Below the pieces are notes generated by a model, which was not told the origin of the DNA, did not search any database, and saw only the letters and a program-made list of their open reading frames with translations. The position numbers and the translations under genes are program-made. Below are positions 38,075-45,854 of a stretch of 64,000 bases of DNA, piece by piece. The DNA lies in IMG/VR virus record IMGVR_UViG_3300022752_003600, positions 306 to 64,305 of that record; one strand, 5' to 3'. This DNA comes from a virus (lineage: Duplodnaviria; Caudoviricetes). Every line of letters begins with the position of its first letter. Position 1 is the first letter of the stretch.

Positions 38075-38500
38075 TTAGTTTAGCGGGGCGTCAAGTGTCG
38101 TTCCAAACGGTCTCGCTGAGCCTTCGTCAATGCGCGTAGGCGCGACATACGGCTTGGTTGACATAGCTGTCTGCCGCTCTATGTCGATAGGCCGTACGTC
38201 ACTTGGAATATCTTCGCCCAGCGGCGGGTCGATGGACGAGGCCGCAGCGCCGATGCCGGTTGAAAACTTGTACGCGTACTCTCGAGAGTACATCTCTCTG
38301 TACAGCATCGACCGCGACTTAGACACGGCCTCGGCCTGCTCGGCGCTCGTGAACCGCATGTCTTCCTCAAACATGTAGTGGAGGACGTCAACCATGTCGC
38401 CCATGTCTAGCTCACTAAGCTTGACGCCGCTCATGATCGCCTTTCCATTGACATACGGCCAGAGGTCTATGCCCCAGTGGGCAAGGCTTCTGGCCGCTGC
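38075..38500 (-). CDS. Tail assembly chaperone, frameshifted extension (gpGT-like)
   Basis: Overlaps the upstream chaperone in the -1 frame with no convincing start of its own. Confidence 0.7.
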   Translation of the reverse strand, partial: AAARSLAHWGIDLWPYVNGKAIMSGVKLSELDMGDMVDVLHYMFEEDMRFTSAEQAEAVSKSRSMLYREMYSREYAYKFSTGIGAAASSIDPPLGEDIPSDVRPIDIERQTAMSTKPYVAPTRIDEGSARPFGTTLDAPLN

Positions 38501-38811
38501 GTAGGGCGGTTGGTATACTCCGCGACGAGCCACGCGGCGATCTCGGCGAGTGTGTCAACCGAGATGATCTTGTCAGGGTCGCTGCACAGCTCCTCGAACT
38601 TGCGGTGGTCTTCCGGCATGAGGACCATCTCGAAGAACTTGTTCATCGCCTCTGCGCTCTTTGCCGGGTCGTCGGCGTTGGCGACCAGGTTAAGCAGCAG
38701 CTTTCCCTGCACCGCGCGGCGGCAGTTGAACGTGTCGCCGTGAAGCTTGAAAGACAGCGGTTCAACTCCCGACAGGTCGGGGCCGCTTCCAAAGTCCTTG
38801 AACCTTGACAT
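38467..38811 (-). CDS. Tail assembly chaperone (gpG-like)
   Basis: Position upstream of TMP, W...YT.RPT C-terminus, AAGGAG SD. Confidence 0.8.
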   Translation of the reverse strand: MSRFKDFGSGPDLSGVEPLSFKLHGDTFNCRRAVQGKLLLNLVANADDPAKSAEAMNKFFEMVLMPEDHRKFEELCSDPDKIISVDTLAEIAAWLVAEYTNRPTQRPEALPTGA

Positions 38812-38921
38812 TACTATTCTCCTTGTGTAGGTGTGTCGCTGAGGCTGGACATCGCCTCGTGCCGGTCGGCACTGCGTCCGTTAGCTACTGTAACAAACCT
38901 TAGAGCGCGTGACACGCGCCT

Positions 38922-39332
38922 TTAGGTGAAGATATACAGGTTCATCGACAAGAACTTGTTTGGTCTTGTGCCAGGATGCATGACACGGTGGGCATAGACC
39001 ACTCGACCACCTTTGGTGAACCGCAGTACTCTTCGACGATACTGGGTTCTTCGCTTTCCTTGTATGACGTGCGGTCGCGTGCCTTCGTGGTGGTAGTACG
39101 CATACGGCATGCGCGAACCGATGTGCCACACCTGGCCGTTTCTGCGCGCCGACTTTTCTAAGATCGTTATAGAAGACTGAAGCTCGCGCGTGCGCACTCC
39201 AACTTGACGCTTGGCCGCGATGATGAAGTACATCGACTTATCCCATAGGTACCTACCGACCTCGCCTGTAGGCTCATTGAGGTAGTAATGCAAGACGGGC
39301 CTGCGCCAGACGATGTGCGCTCTTGTTGGCAT
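38922..39332 (-). CDS. Tail completion / HK97 gp10-like protein
   Basis: GVRTRELQSSI...YAYYHHEGTRPH...HPGTRPNKFL; TGATG coupling at 39332. Confidence 0.75.
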   Translation of the reverse strand: MPTRAHIVWRRPVLHYYLNEPTGEVGRYLWDKSMYFIIAAKRQVGVRTRELQSSITILEKSARRNGQVWHIGSRMPYAYYHHEGTRPHVIQGKRRTQYRRRVLRFTKGGRVVYAHRVMHPGTRPNKFLSMNLYIFT

Positions 39333-39844
39333 CAGGGAATCGCCATCGTAAGCTGCATCGTGACGACGCGAAACCCGCCCTCTGGGTCGCCCGACTCGAC
39401 TGTCGCGATCACGCCGGGACCGTACACTCCCTGCGGCTCCCACATGTCAAACAGGTTGAGCGACTGCAGCAACACCCACGCGTCTACGGCTGAGATCTCA
39501 GACCCCGCGGAGATCTTCTCCGGCGAAGGAGGCTTTGTCCCCTGCGTGACGACGACCGGAAGCTGGCGCGCGATTGAGATCGCGATCGTCGCACTGCGCA
39601 CGATGTTACACCTGTTCGGCGTGCTGTCTTGCGCTCCAGGTGCGCCGAGGTACGCCTGCATAAAGTGCACGACAAGCTGCTCGCAGTCGATCGCTGGCAT
39701 GCCCATCGTCCAGTAGCGCCGCGCCGGGATCGGGACGTTGTACGAGGCGTAGACGTTTTCAACACGCTCAAGTATTCCCTCAAGCATGTCACGCAGGTTA
39801 AGCGCGTCTGGGTTTACTCCTGAGATGTCGATGATACTTGTCAT
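39332..39844 (-). CDS. Head-tail joining / tail terminator-like protein
   Basis: Position; DCEQL.V and GPG...EGG motifs resembling actinophage neck proteins. Confidence 0.6.
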   Translation of the reverse strand: MTSIIDISGVNPDALNLRDMLEGILERVENVYASYNVPIPARRYWTMGMPAIDCEQLVVHFMQAYLGAPGAQDSTPNRCNIVRSATIAISIARQLPVVVTQGTKPPSPEKISAGSEISAVDAWVLLQSLNLFDMWEPQGVYGPGVIATVESGDPEGGFRVVTMQLTMAIP

Positions 39845-39853
39845 ACGTCTACT

Positions 39854-40000
39854 TTACTCCGGTTGCTGCTGTTCTTGCTGCTCTTCTTGCTGCTGATCTT
39901 TACGCCACTTGCGCACCGGGCGCGATGCGGACGGTGACTCAACGGGTTGCCCGTTGGGCAGGTAGTCTTCTTTGTTCTTTCTTGGTGCTGGCCGCGGCAC
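39854..40000 (-). CDS. 48-aa small protein (below the ORF-track cutoff)
   Basis: AGGAG-5nt-GTG; MPRPAPRKNKEDYLPNGQPVESPSASRPVRKWRKDQQQEEQQEQQQPE*; fills the gap exactly. Confidence 0.65.
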   Translation of the reverse strand: MPRPAPRKNKEDYLPNGQPVESPSASRPVRKWRKDQQQEEQQEQQQPE

Positions 40001-40008
40001 GCTTGCTC

Positions 40009-41160
40009 CTACAGCGGATTGCCGGGCTCAAGGGTGATCGCGTCGACAATTGACGTCGCGAGCGAGATCTTGAGGTTACCTGAGCAGATGTATGCGGTCT
40101 CTGTCTCGCCAGGAAAAAGCGGGTGTGGCCTTGATGCGTACAGGTCATACGTACCTGGGTCAACCTTGCCCAAGATTGGAAACGCATCTGCGTAGCTTAC
40201 GGTGACCTTGATCTTTGTGTCACTCTCTAAGAACTGAACTGCAGACAAGTCAAGTTCTTTTGATCGAGACTCAGCGAAGTTTCTTACCGTCACAGAAGGC
40301 AACCAGCCCGGCTCGTCGACAAGAAACTCAGCGTTGATCTTGTCCAGCGCGATCGTCATCGAGCCGTAGGTGTGCTGCGAGACCGCGATGTCGAGCAGAC
40401 TCTTGCCAAGCTTGGCGGCCTTAGGCGTGTAGGTGCGCGCACGCGGTACGTCAGGGTTGAACACCCGTGCGCGCGCTCGAGCGCCGTCCGGGTTCACTGA
40501 CTTGAGGAATAGGTCGACCGTGTAGACACCGGTGCGCAGCTCTTGGATAAACTCCTGGCTGTCGAGGACCGTGTACGAGACGCCCTGGCGCGACACAGAC
40601 GTCACGCGCGCCGGTAGGTCGCAGTCCTCGCCGGACCAAAGCTTGATGAACTGGATCGCCATGTACTTTGCGGCCTGACGCCCAAGCTCTGGTGCCTGCG
40701 CGCCGTAGGTGTATGTCACCTCGATGTCGCACGGCGCCCACGGGACGCCCTGCGTGGCCTGGATTGTCGAGTGGTCGACAAGGTAGTAGTTTGCCGGCGA
40801 GATCTGCTCGCCGGCGCGGTTGCGGATGTTGTGGATCTCGATGACAGGCCGTCCGCGCAGCCGCAATCGCGACTGCGGTGTCAAGCCGTCGCTCGTCACG
40901 TCGACGTAGTTGTTGAAGTCCTGGTATGGGATGTTGTACACGTTGCCGTTGAGTAGCTCGGCCGTGAAGTTGCGCTCAGATGCTCCGTACCTGTAGCGGC
41001 GGGTTGTGCAGATGTAGCGCTCGGTGACGGTGTTGATCCCGGAGTATTTTCTTCCAGACATCGCCCACAGAAGCTGCGACGCTGACTTGCATGCCTGGTA
41101 CGAAAACTCGCTGTTTGCATATTCTCCGAGCTCGCTTGGTGTTATCCAGAGGTTTGACAT
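40009..41160 (-). CDS. Head-to-tail adaptor protein
   Basis: ASQLLWAMSGRKY...CDLPARVTSVSRQGVSY...TGVYTVDLFL..VNP. Confidence 0.75.
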   Translation of the reverse strand: MSNLWITPSELGEYANSEFSYQACKSASQLLWAMSGRKYSGINTVTERYICTTRRYRYGASERNFTAELLNGNVYNIPYQDFNNYVDVTSDGLTPQSRLRLRGRPVIEIHNIRNRAGEQISPANYYLVDHSTIQATQGVPWAPCDIEVTYTYGAQAPELGRQAAKYMAIQFIKLWSGEDCDLPARVTSVSRQGVSYTVLDSQEFIQELRTGVYTVDLFLKSVNPDGARARARVFNPDVPRARTYTPKAAKLGKSLLDIAVSQHTYGSMTIALDKINAEFLVDEPGWLPSVTVRNFAESRSKELDLSAVQFLESDTKIKVTVSYADAFPILGKVDPGTYDLYASRPHPLFPGETETAYICSGNLKISLATSIVDAITLEPGNPL

Positions 41161-41192
41161 CTGCTGAGCTGTCCTTTACGCTGGTGTGACTA

Positions 41193-41236
41193 GCGGACGG
41201 CGCGCTAGTGACACTGCACTGTTGCGCGCCGCCCGC
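41193..41236 (-). terminator. GC-rich hairpin after the major tail gene
   Basis: gcggacggcgcgc...gcgcgccgcccgc inverted repeat with no long U tract. Confidence 0.55.
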
Positions 41237-41246
41237 TTGTCGAAGG

Positions 41247-42293
41247 TCAGGAGGTCGGATCCTCCGTTGACGCGATGATGAAGTCCACCGCGTTGTCGGC
41301 ATTGTAGTCGACGTTTCCTGGTACGTTGTACGAGGTCGTCGACCCCTGCGACAAGAAGTCGCTGACCAGTCGGCCGTTGGCGTAGACCACCGCGGTGCCG
41401 CTGTCGGCTGTCGAGCCGATTGTGCCGCTTGTCGACGTGGTGTACGTGAACGTCGTGCTTGACGGCGTACCTGTGACCGTGTATGTCCCGTTGAGCGCTG
41501 TCGTCGTCAAGCCAGCGACCTCAACAGTGTCACCGGTCTCAAACTCGTGCGCGTTGGACGTCGTGACCGTCGCGGTCGAACCCGTGCGTGCGACGTTGCT
41601 GACCGTCTCGGTGAGGTCGCCGTGCCACGAGTAGAAGCCCTTGCGGCCTGTCGGTGCCCACGATGAGCGGGCGTATGAGTACGCGCGCTCTGTCGCCGCA
41701 GCAAACTCCCAGCGGTCATCAAGGCCGTTGCTGAAGTTGACGTTGCCGAGGCCGTAGCCCTCAAACGTTGTCGCGAGCATGCCGTTCTCGATCACGCGGT
41801 CGCCTGACTGGCGAAGCTTGCAGTACGGAAACACCCAGTGGAAGTACGGGCGTGTCGCCGCACGGCGGCCGTCGGCCACTGCAAACGACCAGCACTCAAT
41901 CGCGACGCCGAAGCCCGACGGGTCATCACCGACCGCCGGTGCCGACCAGCCGATGCTCTGGCGGTCAGGCGATGCGAACGTGCCGAGGTTCTTGCGAAGC
42001 AAGAGACCGCCCGAGATGAGCTGCGTCAGCTCCGGGTCCGGCTCACAGATCGCGAGCTCCATCGTGATGCGCTTGAAGGTGTTCGGCGCCTTGTACGACA
42101 CACAGATCGTGCCGTCCGCTGACTTTTCGATGATCTCATCGCCTTCCTCGTACTCCGGCGTGAACGACATGCGCATGAACGCGCTTGTCGTGTAGCTGTC
42201 GCCGTCGTTGTTGAGCAGGTTGCCCGACGCGTCAAGCCGCGTCACGCGGATCGCAACGCCCTGGATGCTTGCTGCGTAGTCTTGTGTTGCCAT
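41247..42293 (-). CDS. Major tail tube protein with inserted accessory domain
   Basis: IRVTRLD...EEGDEI..KSADG.IC...CEPDPEL...YFHWVFP; AAGGAG SD; position. Confidence 0.8.
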   Translation of the reverse strand: MATQDYAASIQGVAIRVTRLDASGNLLNNDGDSYTTSAFMRMSFTPEYEEGDEIIEKSADGTICVSYKAPNTFKRITMELAICEPDPELTQLISGGLLLRKNLGTFASPDRQSIGWSAPAVGDDPSGFGVAIECWSFAVADGRRAATRPYFHWVFPYCKLRQSGDRVIENGMLATTFEGYGLGNVNFSNGLDDRWEFAAATERAYSYARSSWAPTGRKGFYSWHGDLTETVSNVARTGSTATVTTSNAHEFETGDTVEVAGLTTTALNGTYTVTGTPSSTTFTYTTSTSGTIGSTADSGTAVVYANGRLVSDFLSQGSTTSYNVPGNVDYNADNAVDFIIASTEDPTS

Positions 42294-42329
42294 GTGGAGT
42301 TGCTCCTTGGTGACTAGTTCTTCGTAATC

Positions 42330-43199
42330 TTACACCGAGAGGTCAACCCTGATCGCGAGGTGAATAGTCGCGTCAAAGTAGACCGCCGCCGGTCGAATTG
42401 CCTTTATTCTCATGTCGTTCTGGTTTCCGGAGACATTGTAGGCTTGAGAGAGGTTGTCGTTGACGACGTCAATGTCTCCGAGGTAGATCTTCACCGTGCC
42501 CGTGCCATATATCCACTTGTTTGTGGCCGTCGGCGTCTCGTTTGCGTCTCCAGCAGGGCCCTGTCCGGTGTACCCTGAGCCGATGATGATTGGAGTGCCA
42601 GAGACTGTCTCAATTCGGCCGTCTTCCTTGTGGAAGAGCATGTAGTTCGCCGAGAGGATCGCGGCCGTGTCGCGGGTCATGTGAATGACGCCGCGTTCGC
42701 CGCACGGAGAGTCTAGTCCGATCCGGTGCTCAAGAAGTGCGAGCGCACGCGCCGCACTGAGCGCGGTGCCGCCGTTAAGCACGGTTGCGCTTGCATCTGA
42801 CAACGCCAGGTTTGCGTGACTCTCACCCTTGCGGATCGCGCCCGTCCAAAGCTCGTTTTCAAGCGACTTTTGCGTGACGCCCTCGACCTGCTTTGTGAGC
42901 TTGTCGATGCGGTCGATGCCTAAGAAGCCAAGCGTTGAGCGGACCTCCTCAACCTCGATGAAGAACGGCTTGATCTCGGTGTAGTACGTCGGAGTCGCGT
43001 CTGACGCGATCGTCTGGCTCGTCGTGTCTGTGTCGTCCCACAGCTTGGCTGAGTACAGCGACGTGTCCCACTCCTGTGAGAAACCGCGGATCCAGCGGTC
43101 TTCGTTCGTTGAGCTCTCTGGCTTTACGACGGAAAGAATGCCGTAGTCTGGCGGCGTGATTGCTGGAGCTTTTACTACTCCGTTTGTTGGAAAAGCCAT
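42330..43199 (-). CDS. Second capsid protein (pentamer-type)
   Basis: Directly follows the major capsid gene; LENELW...GVIHM...GTPIIIGSGY...WIYGTG resembles pentamer proteins of Rosebush-like actinophages. Confidence 0.6.
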   Translation of the reverse strand: MAFPTNGVVKAPAITPPDYGILSVVKPESSTNEDRWIRGFSQEWDTSLYSAKLWDDTDTTSQTIASDATPTYYTEIKPFFIEVEEVRSTLGFLGIDRIDKLTKQVEGVTQKSLENELWTGAIRKGESHANLALSDASATVLNGGTALSAARALALLEHRIGLDSPCGERGVIHMTRDTAAILSANYMLFHKEDGRIETVSGTPIIIGSGYTGQGPAGDANETPTATNKWIYGTGTVKIYLGDIDVVNDNLSQAYNVSGNQNDMRIKAIRPAAVYFDATIHLAIRVDLSV

Positions 43200-43244
43200 C
43201 TCGTGCCTTTGCGTGTCGGTTGCCGGACCTTATTCTAACCGAAC

Positions 43245-43279
43245 TGCGGAGGAGCCTGGTTTCCCAGGACTCCCCCGCA
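43245..43279 (-). terminator. Stem-loop after the major capsid gene
   Basis: Minus strand TGCGGGGGAGTCCTGG-GAAA-CCAGGCTCCTCCGCA. Confidence 0.6.
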
Positions 43280-43305
43280 TCCGATTTCTTACCTACCGAG
43301 TTGGA

Positions 43306-45177
43306 TTAGAACTCGATGGCTGCGGCTGCCGCACCGCCAGTCGTGTCACGGAGGGCTGCTGCCACGCCGTTGACCGCGATGGTCGATGTGATCGCCAGGG
43401 ACTCGATGCCGACGAACGCGACGCCTTCGAAGGTCTCAACGAACATCTTGTAGTCGTTGGTCCCGACGAGTGTCGAGTCGCGGATGATGCCCAGGTCCAG
43501 GGTGCCGCCGTCGAGGAACAGGAAGCTGCCCTCGGCGAAGAGGTACCACTTGAACGAGTCAGCGAACTCGACGAGCGACGTTGCGCCCTGCGAGCCGAAC
43601 ACGTTCTGGTCCGGTGTGAATGTCACGTTGACGCCGCGCGATGCGAGGTAACCCTCGACTTCGCCTGTGGCGTTGAGCGTGCTGTCACCAGGCATGTTGA
43701 GGGCGAGGTCAGCGACCATCGCGTCCTTCACCCATGCCGGCGCGATCATGCGCAACGGGGCGTCTGTGGCCATGCGATGACGCGAGCGGTATGCCGCCGC
43801 GGCGCGACCGACGTTGACGAGGAAGTCGCGAGCGAAGCCCATGAGGGAGCTTGTCGTGACGGCCGTCGAGGCATCGTTGATCTTGCCGAGGAGGTATTGC
43901 TCAGCTTCACGAGCGTGCTGGATCAGACCGAGCTCGTTGTGGCGAGCGATCAGTTCCGGGTACGCGCGTGTCATCAGGTTACCGAACTGCAGTTGCAGCG
44001 TGACGGCGTCGGTCGCGACGGTGTTCTCCGTTGCGGCGGCGACTGTCAGGCTGGTCTTGACATCGGTGCCAGGGCTGGTGTCTGTGGCGTTTGTCCACAC
44101 ACCCACCGCGCTGCCGTAGCTCGAGAGCACGGGCGGTGTGATGAAGCGGATACCACCGCGGTCGGCCGAGAACTTCGGCAGCGCGTCGCGCACGGGGCGC
44201 TCCGTTGTGCCGAGACCGAAGATCTCGTAGCGGACCTCGTACGGAGCCGAGTGTCCGCCTGAGGCAACGAGGGCCTCAGGGCCTGTGACGGCCTGGACTT
44301 TCGCCCAGTTGGACTCGGCATCCTGCGTGAGGATGCGCTCTTCCGGGTAGTGGGTGCTGAACGAGGCAACGATGTGCTGCTCGCCGTCACCGCCGTTGAC
44401 GCGGCGGAGACCATGCAAACGCTTGGCCATCGCCTCGGCAACTTCCTTCATGTCGTTGATCGGGCTGCCCGCGGTGTAGCCGGGGATGTCCGCGCCGGCG
44501 GTGATTGTCACCGGGGCGGGTTCCGACTTGACCTTGGGAGCGTGATCAGCCGGTGCCTGGAAGGTTGTGACTTCCGCGACCTCGGTCTTCTCTTCGTTAG
44601 CTGCTGAGCTCACGACTGTTTCTGCTTCCTGCGCCTCTGGCGCACTTGTTGATGTTGCTGTTGCTTGTTCTGTCACTGCTGCTTCGGCCTCGGCTGGAGC
44701 CTCGACAACTGCCTCAGCGACAGGTGCTGCCGCTGCTTCAGCTGCCGGCTGCGCCGGTGCTTCTGCTGTTTCGGTCGAAAGTTCGGCGGCTACTTCAGTC
44801 GCTGTCGACGCTTCTGCCATTGGAGCAGGCATTTCCTCTTCTTCTTCCTTTTCCTCAGCGGGCATTTCCTCTGGGGCTTCGGCTTCAGGGGCCTCTTCTG
44901 CTTCTGGCATCTCCATGTCACCCTCACCGCCCTTGACTCGGGCCGCGGCTTCGGCTGCGCGTGCGGCAAGCTCTTGAGCCTGTGCCTCACGACGCTTAGC
45001 CTCTGCGCGAACCGTGTCGAGCATGTCGGCAAGTTGTGTCATGTTGTCGACGGACTGAGGAGTCGGCTCTTCGCCTTCGACCTTCTCAAACGTCGAAACG
45101 ATTTCGTTCTGCAGGGCGGCGAGTTGCTCGTCCGACAGCTCCGTGATCGTGTCGATCTGTGTTTTGATTTGGTCCAC
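43306..45177 (-). CDS. Major capsid (hexamer-type) protein with acidic scaffold-like N-terminus
   Basis: Glu/Ala/Pro-rich leader, LVASGG.SAP.E..Y, RGGIRF, FLFLDGGTLDLGIIRDSTL..TNDY.MF.E.FEG. Confidence 0.88.
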   Translation of the reverse strand: MDQIKTQIDTITELSDEQLAALQNEIVSTFEKVEGEEPTPQSVDNMTQLADMLDTVRAEAKRREAQAQELAARAAEAAARVKGGEGDMEMPEAEEAPEAEAPEEMPAEEKEEEEEMPAPMAEASTATEVAAELSTETAEAPAQPAAEAAAAPVAEAVVEAPAEAEAAVTEQATATSTSAPEAQEAETVVSSAANEEKTEVAEVTTFQAPADHAPKVKSEPAPVTITAGADIPGYTAGSPINDMKEVAEAMAKRLHGLRRVNGGDGEQHIVASFSTHYPEERILTQDAESNWAKVQAVTGPEALVASGGHSAPYEVRYEIFGLGTTERPVRDALPKFSADRGGIRFITPPVLSSYGSAVGVWTNATDTSPGTDVKTSLTVAAATENTVATDAVTLQLQFGNLMTRAYPELIARHNELGLIQHAREAEQYLLGKINDASTAVTTSSLMGFARDFLVNVGRAAAAYRSRHRMATDAPLRMIAPAWVKDAMVADLALNMPGDSTLNATGEVEGYLASRGVNVTFTPDQNVFGSQGATSLVEFADSFKWYLFAEGSFLFLDGGTLDLGIIRDSTLVGTNDYKMFVETFEGVAFVGIESLAITSTIAVNGVAAALRDTTGGAAAAAIEF

Positions 45178-45283
45178 TGTCCCTCCTCGGGTCAGTCAGT
45201 TGTGCAGCCGCGGATGCGGACTACTTTGGATGGGTCACGGAGAGGGACTATGCGCAACAGCGCCAGGCGCTCACCTAATGTCA

Positions 45284-45292
45284 ACTATAGCA
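45284..45292 (-). promoter_or_regulatory. Extended -10 promoter (TGCTATAGT) for the capsid gene
   Basis: TGn-TATAGT about 105 nt upstream of the GAGGAGG SD/GTG start. Confidence 0.5.
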
Positions 45293-45297
45293 CGAGT

Positions 45298-45849
45298 TCA
45301 AGTAAGCAATCGCAACAGTTTTGACATCTCGCCGGAGACCTCTCCATGCGACAAGACGTCATTGCCAGACTGATACGTCCGAAGCTTCTGTGACGCGACG
45401 TCTGCGTCCTTCTTGCCGATCTTTTCCTCAACCCTCTGCATCATGTCTTTCATGAGGTCTCGAAGCACCGGCGGCAGGTCGCTGAACCGGACCTTCTGGG
45501 TCTCCTGGCCGAACGGCAGCGGTAGGTTGGCCATGACCTCTCCAAGAGCTCTCGCGGCCTCGCGGACGTTCTCTACCGAGTCAGCGTTGAGAGCTCCGCT
45601 GTCGAGGCGCTCAAAGATCTTTCGAAGCTCTGCCGCGGCGCTATATGCCGCCGCGTAGTTTCCCGCGTCGTCTAGGTTCTCGGCCTCCTCGATCTTGCTG
45701 ATCGCGTCGTCGAGACCTGTCCTGCCGAGGTCTTCCTTGATGCGGGCGAGCACCTGGCGGAACTTACCCTTGGCGTCACGGGGCTGCGTCTTGCCGGAGA
45801 CGTAGATCCCCGGCTTTCTTGCAAACTCTCCTAGGTGCCTCTCAGCCAC
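45298..45849 (-). CDS. Head-module hypothetical protein with QPRDAKGKF motif
   Basis: ORF between the protease and capsid genes. Confidence 0.75.
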   Translation of the reverse strand: MAERHLGEFARKPGIYVSGKTQPRDAKGKFRQVLARIKEDLGRTGLDDAISKIEEAENLDDAGNYAAAYSAAAELRKIFERLDSGALNADSVENVREAARALGEVMANLPLPFGQETQKVRFSDLPPVLRDLMKDMMQRVEEKIGKKDADVASQKLRTYQSGNDVLSHGEVSGEMSKLLRLLT

Positions 45850-45854
45850 TCGAG

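Noticed and set aside
38812-38921. Possible tRNA/ncRNA in the intergenic gap with two small hairpins
   Set aside because: No cloverleaf or TTC-loop; the hairpins are too short to support a call
43156-44262. 368-aa plus-strand ORF
   Set aside because: Antisense shadow of the high-GC3 major capsid gene
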